Source: Octopus vulgaris
Lineage: Eukaryota
Reading direction: 5' to 3'
DNA length: 64,000 bases
Assembly: GCA_951406725.2 (NCBI GenBank)
Contig: OX597822.1
Location: forward strand, 54,374,001 to 54,438,000
Part shown: positions 1-11,820 of the stretch, in pieces
How positions within the stretch are numbered: position 1 is the first letter of the stretch
Layout: the number at the start of each line of letters is the position of its first letter
Translations under genes and position numbers: made by a program
Notes under the pieces: model-generated
What the model was told of the DNA's origin: nothing
The model's input: only the letters and a program-made list of their open reading frames with translations
The model's database searches: none

Positions 1-80
1 TTCACTCACTCTTGTATATATATATCTGCTGGTTGTTCCTACACCTGCCTTCGTCTTTTATTTTCTGTAAATTTGAATTA
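1..80 (+). mobile_element. 3' tail of a Penelope-like terminal repeat (pLTR), cut by the window edge
   Basis: 'acacctgccttcgtcttttattttctgtaaatttgaa' resembles the post-ribozyme tails at ~27270-27326 and ~43800-43850. Confidence 0.45.
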
Positions 81-474
81 TGTATGTATGCATGCATATA
101 TGTATGTATGTATGTATGTAAGTATGTATGCATATATGTATACATATATGTATGCATATATGCATGTATGCATGCATGTATGTATGTATACATATATGTA
201 TGCATATATACATGTATGCATGCATGTATGTATACATATATGTATGCATATATGCATGTATGCATGCATGTATGTATACATATATGTATGCATATATGCA
301 TGTATGCATGCATGTATGTATACATATATGTATGCATATATGCATGTATGCATGCATGTATGTATACATATATGTATGCATATATGCATGTATGTATACA
401 TATATGTATGCATATATGCATGTATGTATGTATGTATGTATGTATGTATGTATGTATGTACGTATGTATGTATG
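80..474. repeat. Compound (TATG/ATGC/TACA)n microsatellite
   Basis: Direct reading; source of the overlapping spurious ORFs at 2-578. Confidence 0.95.
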
Positions 475-817
475 GTAGGGCAGTTATCGTGCTGACGACA
501 TTCATTGAGGCAGAAAAACGTATCCACAGCTATCCTTTTATTTACAGACAATAAGCCAGTCTTTTTCCTTAATGACAATCTTGGAGAAGTCTTGATTTGG
601 ATTATCTCCCTTCCTCATATGGCACTGGTTTCAATTATCATTATGCTATTATGACACATCGTCTAGAGGCTGAGATAACTTTAACAAATTAAAAATGGAT
701 ATTGTTTGGTATTTTATATACCTGTATTTGTCTATGTTATTCATGTACAAGCCTCTGGCTACTCTGAGTTATTTCTCTTAGCTCATTTTTGTCTAATATG
801 ACACACATAAACACACA

Positions 818-893
<76 letters not shown>

Positions 894-1060
894 TTTCTAT
901 ATGTATATGACTGTTTTTGTGTATGTACATAGGAATAATTTCATTACCAACTCTGTGTATGTATTTGTGAGTGCGTATACATACATACATATATACATAT
1001 ACTCGTACGTACACACATATATACGCACGTACATACATATATGTATATATATCATTATTA

Positions 1061-1175
1061 TTATTGATATTTAGCAGAAGTAACAGAGTGACTTAAGGTC
1101 CGAGAGTTTCGTGCGTTGGTACCACGAATCTCACGGACCTTGAGCGACTCTGTTACTTCTGCTAAATATTAATAA
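1061..1175. repeat. ~53-bp-arm imperfect hairpin (fold-back of a hammerhead 3' half plus pLTR tail)
   Basis: ttattgatatttagcagaagtaacagagt...tttcgtg / cacgaatc...actctgttacttctgctaaatattaataa; consensus of the arms reads GAAACTC-n9-GAGTC. Confidence 0.75.
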
Positions 1176-1248
1176 AAGTATACATATACTTATATCTTGA
1201 GTTCTGTTTCTTCCGGTTTGCATCAACACAGCTATATATATATATATA

Positions 1249-2353
1249 TTTATTATATAGAAGGAGCTTCTACAGGACTAGAACTGTTTCATTCAAGAGA
1301 AATCTTCAGGAAGCTAGTTAACAAGAATTGTATTGGCATTTATACATTTAGGCAGGTTTAAACGGGTGGTGGTGGGGGACTTTTTTGGGGTAGGCATAGC
1401 GCAAAATATCATACTTGGGGGAGTGGTCAAGGAGTCAGTGTTAAATTAGATAAAAGAATAAATAAAAAAATAAAGAAATAAAAAAATAAAAAAATAAAGA
1501 AATATAAAAAAATATATATAAAAAAGGAATAGAGTTTTAGGTAAATAAGGAGATTCTCTCACTTATACCTATGCACATATGTATACATATATACACACAC
1601 ATACAAACATATATACATATACATACACACACATATACATATATATACACTTACACAAACATATACATATCTACACATACACATATATGTATACATACAC
1701 ACACTCACATGCATACACGTATACACACATGTATATATACACACACGACCACACATACATATACACACAGAAAAATATATATACACATACACACACATAC
1801 ACACATACACGCATACACACACATATCCACACACACACATGCACACACAGCACACTAGTCCCTATATACACATATATACACATACACACATATATATATA
1901 CACACACATACATATACATACATATATATACATATATATATATATACATATGTGTACCGATACATACCTACACATACACACATATATATACATACAAATA
2001 CAGACCCATTCCCTAATTTTAATTTTATTATCTTCATTTATTACTTTTGTTATCTTTGACCGCTGGTCACAAAGATCTTGGCTATGACAGCAAGTCCATT
2101 TATCTGTCTACTTGAAAACAAGCACTCATTCACTCACGCACACTCTTTAGCACGTACACTCACTCATTCGTACACTCATACACATACACGCACGCACGCG
2201 TTATATTCATACATACATACATCTACATACATTCACGTATGTACACATACGTACGCGTACCTACAGATTCATGTCTACACTCTTAGAAGGCTAGTCTATA
2301 CATATACACCAATAAATATAAATACACACACATACATATACACCTACATACAA

Positions 2354-2404
<51 letters not shown>

Positions 2405-2414
2405 TACATATACA

Positions 2415-2446
<32 letters not shown>

Positions 2447-2556
2447 CCTACATATATACATATATACATATACACACATACACATACATACATATACACA
2501 CATACACATACATACGTATACATACATACATCCATACACCCATACATTTATACACA
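1249..2556 (-). repeat. Left arm of ~1.3-kb inverted duplication (partner 4939-6237), non-autonomous Penelope-type element
   Basis: Near-identical reverse complement of 4939-6237, including the unique segments 1249-1570 and 2000-2300; mirrored ORFs 2078..2575(+)/4602..5411(-) and 1855..2037(-)/5452..5634(+). Confidence 0.92.
1265..1315 (-). ncRNA. Type I hammerhead ribozyme motif (family A)
   Basis: Minus strand: AGCUUC-CUGAAGA-UUUCUCUUGAAU-GAAA-CAG-UUCUAGUC-CUG-UA-GAAGCU; 6-bp stem I, 4-bp stem III, GUA site; stem II weak (U-U at base). Confidence 0.75.
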
Positions 2557-2679
2557 AGAACTACAAGAACTATAGACCTACCCGGCAACCAGATTGATGA
2601 CACCCCCCCACAACCCCCCCCCAATCCCACCGTTCCCCTAGCACCCCCGATTACCTTTTCTCCTAAGACCTTTCACATA

Positions 2680-2817
2680 TTGTATGTGCACGCTTGTATA
2701 TGTGTATCGTATATATATATAGAAATGTATGGGTATAGTAGGAATATACGCATGTATTATGTGTGTGTGTGTGGGTATGTATGTAAAAAATATATATATA
2801 TATGTATATGTATGTGC

Positions 2818-2848
<31 letters not shown>

Positions 2849-3229
2849 TATATGTATATATGTGTGTATGCATATGTAGGTGTATATGTATGTGTATAGG
2901 TATGTGTATGCATGTATAAAACATTATATAATTAGGGCTTAGTAAAGTAAAATAAATTACTTTGCCACATACTGAACTTTCTAGAAATAGCAGCCAAAAA
3001 AGTTTTTTAGCCTCTTCCACTACTTAGAGAATATTTTCTCTCAGACATTGTTTACTCAAAAAAATAATGGTCCTTTTACATACTGAATACTTGGTGAAAT
3101 TGATTAATAACTAATTAACTTTACCCTCAATTGTTGATATATGTATGTGTGTATATGTGTATGTATATATATGTGTACATGTATGTATATGTGTATGTAT
3201 GTATATATATGTGTATATATATATATGTA

Positions 3230-3278
<49 letters not shown>

Positions 3279-3507
3279 ATATGTGTATTTATGTATATAT
3301 TTATTTATATATATGTATATATGTATATGTATATGTATGTGTGTGTGTATATGTATATATGTGTATATATATGAGTGTACGCGAGTATGTCGATGTATAT
3401 GTAGGTATGTAGAGTTATGTGTATGTGCATGTATGTGAGTGTAGATACAAATTGTAGATGTGTATATATATATGTGTGTGTGTATATATACATGTATATG
3501 GGTATAT

Positions 3508-3549
<42 letters not shown>

Positions 3550-3770
3550 GCGGGTATGTAGAGATATAAGTATGTGCATGTGTATATGTGTGTATATATA
3601 TGTATAGGTATGTGTATGTGTTTGTATGTATATATATATATGTGTGTGTGTGTGTGTATGTGTGTATACATATGTATGTATATATGTATATATGTGTATA
3701 TGTGTACGTGTGGGTATATATGTGTATGTATATGCATATATGTGTGTGTATGCGTATGTGTGTATATGTG

Positions 3771-3803
<33 letters not shown>

Positions 3804-4006
3804 GTGTAAATGTATATGTATGTGTATATATGTATATATGTGTATGTGTGAATATGTGTATGTATGCATATATGTATGTATGTATGTATGTATATGTGTA
3901 TGTATATATGTGTGTAAGTGTGTGTATATATGTATATGTAAGTGTGTGTGCGTGTATGAGTATGTACGTACGTTTGCACACATGTATATGTGTGTGTGTG
4001 TGTATG

Positions 4007-4085
<79 letters not shown>

Positions 4086-4343
4086 GTGTGTATGTATATG
4101 TATGTATGTGTGTGTGTATATATGTGTGTATGTATATGTATGTATGTATATATATGTGTGTGTATGTGTATGTGTATATGTACATATACGTGTACGCTCG
4201 TGTGTTTATGTATATGTGGGTACGTAGAGTTATCTATGTGTGTATGTATTTGTAAATGTGTGTAAGTATGTATATATATATGTGCGTATATATATGTGTG
4301 TATATATATATATATATGTGTATGTATATATATGTGTATATAC

Positions 4344-4387
<44 letters not shown>

Positions 4388-4776
4388 AAGTTTATATGTA
4401 TGTATCCGTCTATATAATAGGTAACTGCACGTACATATACTTAATATATTATTAATTATTTATTTTTTGAGTATGCATGTATGAATAACTGCGCGTATAT
4501 ATATTTTATTATTTACTTATTTTTTGAGTATGCATGTAAGTATGAATATAAGGAGGCGCGTGTGTGTGTGTGTATGTGTAAGCATAGATATATGTATACT
4601 TTTACGCATGTGTGTACTTATGTGTATATATGGATGCGCGAGTGTGTGTGTGTGTATGGGTACGCATGTGCATGTGTATGTGCGTGTATGTGTATATGAG
4701 TATGTATGTATGTGTGTGCGTATATTTGTATATGTATGTATGTATATGTATGTGTGTGTATGTATATATATATGTA

Positions 4777-4837
<61 letters not shown>

Positions 4838-4938
4838 ATGTGTATGTATGTATATGTATATGCGTATGTGTATGTATTTGTATGTGTATGCATGCGCGTA
4901 TATATATGTATGTATATGTATACGTGTGGGTGTGTGTA
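2680..4938. repeat. (TA/TG)n microsatellite-rich spacer between the inverted arms
   Basis: Direct reading; short unique islands at ~2920-3135 and ~4400-4560. Confidence 0.9.
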
Positions 4939-5048
4939 TGTGTATAAATGTATGGGTGTATGGATGTATGTATGTATACGTATGTATGTGTATGTGTGTA
5001 TATGTATGTATGTGTATGTGTGTATATGTATATATGTATATATGTAGG

Positions 5049-5080
<32 letters not shown>

Positions 5081-5092
5081 TATGTATATGTA

Positions 5093-5135
<43 letters not shown>

Positions 5136-6303
5136 TTGTATGTAGGTGTATATGTATGTGTGTGTATTTATATTTATTGGTGTATATGTATAGACTAGCC
5201 TTCTAAGAGTGTAGACATGAATCTGTAGGTACGCGTACGTATGTGTACATACGTGAATGTATGTAGATGTATGTATGTATGAATATAACGCGTGCGTGCG
5301 TGTATGTGTATGAGTGTACGAATGAGTGAGTGTACGTGCTAAAGAGTGTGCGTGAGTGAATGAGTGCTTGTTTTCAAGTAGACAGATATATGGACTGGCT
5401 GTCATAGCCAAGATCTTTGTGACCAGCGCTCAAAGATAACAAAAGTAATAAATGAAGATAATAAAATTAAAATTAGGGAATGGGTCTGTATTTGTATGTA
5501 TATATATGTGTGTATGTGTAGGTATGTATCGGTACACATATGTATATATATATATATGTATATATATGTATGTATATGTATGTGTGTGTATATATATATG
5601 TGTGTATGTGTATATATGTGTATATAGGGACTAGTGTGCTGTGTGTGCATGTGTGTGTGTGGATATGTGTGTGTATGCGTGTATGTGTGTATGTGTGTGT
5701 ATGTGTATATATATTTTTCTGTGTGTATATGTATGTGTGGTCGTGTGTGTATATATACATGTGTGTATACGTGTATGCATGTGAGTGTGTGTATGTATAC
5801 ATATATGTGTATGTGTAGATATGTATATGTTTGTGTAAGTGTATATATATGTATATGTGTGTGTGTGTATGTATATGTATATATGTTTGTATGTGTGTGT
5901 ATATATGTATACATATGTGCATAGGTATAAGTGAGAGAATTTCCTTATTTACCTAAAACTCTATTCCTTTTTTATATATATTTTTTTATATTTCTTTATT
6001 TTTTTATTTTTTTATTTTTTTATTTTTTTCTTTTATCTAATTTAACACTGACTCCTTGACCACTCCCCCAAGTATGATATTTTGCGCTATGCCTACCCCC
6101 AAAAATTCCCCCACCACCACCCCTTTAAACCTGCCTAAATGTATAAATGCCAATACAATTCTTGTTAACTAGCTTCCTGAAGATTTCTCTTGAATGAAAC
6201 AGTTCTAGTCCTGTTGAAGCTCCTTCTATATAATAAATTAATTTTACTCTGCTATGTATTGAGTACCTTATTTACTGTGGTTAACCCCGAATCACCCGGG
6301 ACC

Positions 6304-6305
<2 letters not shown>
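4939..6305 (+). mobile_element. Right arm of inverted duplication plus pLTR-like tail (AATAAA at ~6232)
   Basis: Reverse complement of 1249-2556; continues ~65 bp beyond the shared part before (TA)n, as for Penelope inverted-pLTR insertions. Confidence 0.8.
6171..6221 (+). ncRNA. Type I hammerhead ribozyme motif (family A, GUU site)
   Basis: agcttc CTGAAGA tttctcttgaat GAAA cag ttctagtc ctg TT gaagct. Confidence 0.72.
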
Positions 6306-6369
<64 letters not shown>

Positions 6370-6390
6370 TATATAATTATGTATATAAGC

Positions 6391-6429
<39 letters not shown>

Positions 6430-6457
6430 TGTATGTGCGTGTATAACAATGATTTTC

Positions 6458-7077
6458 TTATAGTCGTAACGTTGAATTGCGAAAATTGTATGAGCAACTA
6501 CTATTTACAACCAGTGTATGCAAAACTGTGTTGCCTAGTTTTAACTGTTCAACTTGAGTCACATTTGAACTATTGGAGGAGGAACGGAAAACAAACGGGT
6601 ATACTGGATATAAATCATTACATGCTATTGATCCTATGTAGGATTTTTTTTTACTGCTTTCTATTTTATGGGCATAGGAACCTGAGTAACAGAAACTTTG
6701 ATTCGCACCTTTCCAAGAATTTATGTTTTTTAAAACATTACACGGCGCAGGTAAAAAAGCCCCTTCAAAAGCAAGACCCTTTAAAGGAAATACATCATGG
6801 TAGTTAAATTTGCGCTTTCTTGACTTGTATGTAACGTCATAGACAAAACCATTAGATACTTGATAGAAAAATATATCGATAAACGGCCATCGATATTTAT
6901 AATTTAATAGGGCAGGTGTATGTGAATTGTAAAATTTCCACTGAAAATGTTCGTAGCTGCATATATTGAAACCTTGTCCCATAGAACTCAAGTTGTATAA
7001 TTTTTGCTTGTCTTCATGATCTACGTAGACGTCGATGTCATCATCCCACGGTATATAGCCATGATGACGATAGGCTC
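6458..7077 (-). CDS. LicD/FKRP-family nucleotidyltransferase (phosphotransferase), last coding exon
   Basis: Poly-T tract + CAG acceptor at 7080-7078; reads (G)[19 protein letters not shown]...WKFY...RWPFIDIFFY...VFPL...FEG...PAP to stop at 6458; in frame with ORF 6458..6991. Confidence 0.93.
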
Positions 7078-7259
7078 CTGTAAAAAAAAAAAAAAATACA
7101 GTTGTAGTTATTATTGTTTAGGTTTTAGTCTGATGCAATCATAGTAAACATATTTGTACTGCTTATGTTTAACCTATCTAAGTGAATTGAATTCTAAAAC
7201 AGAAATCTTTGTTATTACATTTGAATTATGTTAAAATACATTGAAAGACAGCGTCTAGC

Positions 7260-8885
7260 AATTTCAGGCGTAAATCCTAAATTCAAGAAACCACGAAAGG
7301 ATGTGAGAAACTACTGAAAAAGGAGGGAAACATGCTAAAACCGACGCCGCCTGAGGAATTCACAAGCAGTGCAAACAAGAGAACGGTTATTTTCAAAATT
7401 CTGAGGTTATCAACAAGGAAGATCGAAATAGCAACAATTGAGGCCACTGAGAATCGCTTGAAGGACATCAAGAAACTGACCACGTTCATCACACGTGGAA
7501 GGAGGTATGACACAGTAGAGGTGCGTTTCGCGACGGAAGACGAAGCGACTAAGCACTCCACGGAAGCCATAAGAACGGAAGAATGGGTACTTTTGGCGAC
7601 GTACTGTGGCAAGCGTGTTGCCTGGGTGAGAGTTGTCAAAGCGACAAAGGAAACATGGTTGATGGCAGCCACAACGCTCAATATGGAGGAGGATGCCAAG
7701 ATACACCAGGCAACGAGAACCAAAATGTAGAACTGTTGGGGGTATGTCATAGAGATGGCCATACAAGCGAGTTTAGAAGACCTCAACAGAATTGCAGAAG
7801 AAGCAGTTCTGCCCGAGGATCCGGGAATATAAGGCTGAGAGTGGTGGTGGAGGGAAGGCCTCCCATATGCTACTTGTGTGGAGAAAAAAGTCCATATGAA
7901 GACGAGGTGCCCCCAGAGAGAAATGGAACAATAGATAGAGCAGACTGTGGAGCAGGATAATGTGGAACCAAGTGGTACACGTCGAGGTAAAGGAGACAAG
8001 AACAGAGGAGGAATTCACGGTAGTGAGAAAGAGAAGTGAAAGAGTGACCTCTCCGCCTGGGAGGCAGAAAAAGAAAAAAAGTAGTTAAGGAGGTTGAGAA
8101 AGAGAATGTGAAGAAAGTCAGAAGGAAGGAAGGAGAGAAGATGGTTGACAAGGAGAATGAAAAGGAGCTTGAAGAGGAGCTTGAAAAGGAGGAAACAGCA
8201 GCAAAAACACTGGTTATACTAGTGGAGGAAAAGGATTTAGGTGAACAACTGTATGAGGGTGAAATGGCGAAACTATTCAGGGTGGAGGAGGAAAAAGAAA
8301 AAGTACCAGGAATAGAGCAAGAGAAGGGAAAACCAGTAAGAAAGGCGACAAAATATCGATGGAATTTTGTGACATATGCTAAAAATAAAGAAACTGGGCG
8401 GAAAATAATGAAACTTAAGTCCATTATAAGGATGAAGCAGCCCACAGATATATATTCAGAGAACGTGAAGGCCATTGTCGATAAGGAGAAGTACAACAGG
8501 CTGAAAGATATGTGGAAGAGAAATTGATCCACCAGGAGTAACGGTGGAATTTGATGAATTGCCACCAGTGGTAGAATTGAAATATATTGAACCCTTTATG
8601 AAATATTAAAAAAGGAAAAGAAAGCAAGTAAAATTGTTTAATTTAGAAAAAAAAAGGGAAAACGATGATAAAGAAAAAAACAAAAGGAAAAAAGAACGAT
8701 TGTAAACTGTGTAATTAAAGGTTCAAATAATACTGCATAAGACTGGGGCTCATGCAGCCATTTCGCTTTCATTATTATATAACATCTTCATTTTCATTCG
8801 TTTTATGTTTTTGTCCCCACTGTGGTGTTCTGTTTGTCCTTGTGCTGTCCCCTCTGTGTAATGGCCGTTGTGCCAAAATAAAGAA
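7260..8885 (+). mobile_element. Degenerate Tx1/L1-type ORF1 (gag-like) remnant with 3' tail and no RT, in the LicD intron
   Basis: Broken ORFs; VVVEGRPPICYLCGEK + frameshifted HMKTRCP = CCHC knuckle (~7845-7915); E/K-rich region; tail 'tgtttgtccttgtgctgtcccctctgtg...aataaagaa'. Confidence 0.65.
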
Positions 8886-9139
8886 CGAGTACGCAGCAGG
8901 CGGCGAGAGATGTTTATATCAGCTGGAGTTTATTTTGTCGTGTTTTTTTTATTGTTACTGTTAGACGTAAGTCACCCTGTTAAATATTTGTTGAAAGTCT
9001 CCCCTCGAGTGCCAAAATAAAGAAAGAGTACGTAGCAGGTGCTCAGAGATAGTTGTGTCTTTACTGGTTTTACTAAGTATACTGTATACCGTAGTGGGCG
9101 TTACAATAAGCCAACATATTAAAGATTATAACATACTGT

Positions 9140-10590
9140 CCTACTTGTAGTCTACAATGGTTGAGCTTTAAGCTCCAGTGTGCTAGCTGAAGTATATTTA
9201 TTTGTTCAATATTTTAGTAGCAATATTTTACTTGCAGTCAACCAAATCCTAAATGTAGTCAACAGCGATGTAACTGTAATCATCAATATCATAACGGTAG
9301 CAAGCTAGATCGTAGATGTAGTCAATAATGCTTAAGACGTAGTCAAGCAAATTCCAAATATATTCAGCAATGTCGTATCTAGAGTCATCTATGTCTCTAC
9401 TATAACCATCTAAATCCCAACTGTAGTCAACGACGTCCTAGCTATAGTCAATGATGTTCTAACTGAATTCATTAATATTCTTTAATATCATAACTGTAGT
9501 TAATAACGTTGTAACTGTAGACACTACTGTTTTAGATTAGGGTGTTTTACATTGAAGATGTAGTCAATAACAATGAAATAGCTGCAGTCAGTGTTATTCT
9601 ATGTCTCTAGGCACCGATACTCCACGGATAGTATCTTACTGTAGACAGCAACGCTGTAGCTATAATCAAGAAAGTCCAATCTGCAGACAATAAAAACTTA
9701 GTAGTAGCCCATTCTGTCTAGGACATTGTCAACGACTAATGTCACAGCTGTAACCAAAATAAATCAAGCAGGAAAATAAAATCCTTGTTGGATACCGTAA
9801 TGTCTTAACTATATTTCATAGTAAATCATCAGTCAACAAGAATATTTTAGACGCAGTTGAAAAGATTCTAACTGTAGTCGACTTTGTCTTATTTTATCTG
9901 CAGTCAATATTCTAGCTGTAACTATGAATGCCTTAGCTTTTAGAAACCAATATCTTTGCTGTAGTCATTGATGTCCTAACAACATTCAATAATGTACTGG
10001 TTTGTAAGCAGTTATGTTGCCATCAATATTCTTGATGTAGTCGTTAATGTTCCATAGATAGTGCAGTTGTCCAGAATATTATAATCGTTCTCTGCAATAT
10101 CCTACATGTAGTTAGCAATGTTCTAGTTATGAGTGATACTCTATTAACCGCAATAAACCACGTCCTAATTGTATTCTACTATGCTGTTTCTATAACCAAC
10201 ACTATATCAGATAGAATAGCTATAGTTTACAATTACGATTTTCTAGTCGCAGTCTACCATACCCTAATTGTAGATAATAATGTCTTGCTCAGAGTAAATA
10301 ATTTGCCAGACGCAGTCTTCGATGTTATAGTAATAGAACAAGGTTTAGGCATCAATACCTTTGTTATCTTCAGTAACACCCTGTCATCAACTATCTCCAA
10401 GTTATAGAGCATGGTGTTCTAGAAGTAGTAAACATTGTCAGAAATGAATTTAATAAAGTCCTAGTTATTGTCATCTAGAGTAATCGATGTTCTTTTTTCT
10501 ATAAATAATTTTCTAGTTGTACAAAGTTTCATATTTGTATTCAGCTATGACATGGCCGTAAGTAAATGCTGTGACTGTAGCTAACAACAT
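9140..10590. repeat. Old, highly diverged 21-bp minisatellite (consensus ~ACTGTAGTCAATGATGTTCTA)
   Basis: Twelve consecutive exact 21-bp units at 9231-9482 (cttgcagtcaaccaaatccta, aatgtagtcaacagcgatgta ... actgtagtcaacgacgtccta, gctatagtcaatgatgttcta); motif recurs to ~10590. Confidence 0.8.
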
Positions 10591-10639
10591 CTTATATATA
10601 CCAATTGGTCTTTGGTAAGAAGTATTTCATCAAGGTGAA

Positions 10640-10677
<38 letters not shown>

Positions 10678-10698
10678 TTATGCATAAGTGTTACTTAC

Positions 10699-11128
10699 CT
10701 AACAAAGTGCCACCTTGGATGAAGAAAGAGATATTATTCTTGTTACAACCATTGATAAAATGTTGGAAAACGTACAGAGACACCAATTTTTCTTGTTCAG
10801 TCATGGCAGGCAAGAAAGCTTTAGGAATACTGAAGTTTGAAATATTGAGCAGCGCAATATAGTTTTCAGCAAGCGGAAATAGACCAAATTCTCCACCAAT
10901 ATTGTCTTCAAGTTTAAAGTTTTGCAATGCAGGGAATGTCACCAGGAATTTTTTATACGGTATCCTGTCGCTCCTTTCGCTTGATTTCCAAAAGCTATCA
11001 ATTTTTAACATGTCATACCCCTTGGTGTAATATAGGTATAACAATATCAAAGATAAAATATTCACCGTAATGAAAACAGAAGATTTTCGGGAAAGGTTCA
11101 GGCCTTGCAGCATCGCGAGCTTATACAT
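10699..11128 (-). CDS. LicD/FKRP-family nucleotidyltransferase, first coding exon (TM anchor + stem)
   Basis: MYKLAM...VFITVNILSLILLYLYY (TM)...CNKNNISFFIQGGTLL(G); phase-1 donor G|GTAAGT at 10699|10698. Splicing to 7077 gives [21 protein letters not shown]; total 1050 nt = 349 aa. Acceptor TTTTTACAG at 11133-11131 implies an upstream exon. Confidence 0.92.
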
Positions 11129-11342
11129 TCCTGTAAAAAGTTTACAATTTCAAATGCATTAAGGTATCTGACATACACGTAGCATATTTAATCTATATCG
11201 TTAAATTAACAAGGTAACTTATACGGTTCACCTAAAATCTACTTTCATGAAATAAAATAACATAAATCAGTCCAACCCATAAAGGTAAGAAAATAATCTA
11301 ACCGAGAATCCACAACATTTCAGATTATATACATACATATAT

Positions 11343-11500
11343 ACGACGGGCTTCTTTCAGTTTCCGTCTACCAAATCCACTGACAAGGCTTTGGTCGGCC
11401 CGAGACTATAGTAGAAGACACTTGCCCAAGGTGCCATGCAGTGGGACTGAACCCGGAACCATGTGGTTCGTAAGCAAGCTACTTACCACACAACCACTCC
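11343..11500 (-). mobile_element. tRNA-derived SINE (family 1; GGCACCTTGGGCAAGTG core)
   Basis: Homologous to 18150-18270 and 60638-60790. Confidence 0.85.
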
Positions 11501-11727
11501 TAAAATAAGTCTACAGACAAACAGTACAAACAGATGTCAGAATCTAACATTATACAATACCCAGTCATTAGATAACTTTAGAAACATAATCACCTATGGA
11601 ATAAACTTAACAAATGTGAAAGTATGGGAGTAAAGACAAAATAGTAAAATACCAAGATTTGGAAAGAGAATTTACAAACATGTGGAGGATAATAGACACT
11701 CCGAGTACTTTTATGAAGAAAAGTCAG

Positions 11728-11820
11728 TCATGGATGAAGTCTGGGGTCGACTTTCGAAAGGAACTATTACAGAAAACTACATTGCTAGGAAGCACAACGA
11801 TACTAAGGTAAGAGCTGAAT
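11728..11820 (+). pseudogene. Possible C-terminal fragment of an R4/Dong-type LINE
   Basis: Translates ...ELLQKTTLLGSTTILR*ELN, similar to the LQK.ALLGT..ILRK.L terminus of that clade. Confidence 0.35.

Noticed and set aside
2-5924. Dozens of long YI/HT/CV/MY-rich ORFs (also 27222-28344, 31425-32165, 37528-41395)
   Set aside because: Translations of purine-pyrimidine alternating microsatellites, which lack stop codons; open in several frames on both strands.
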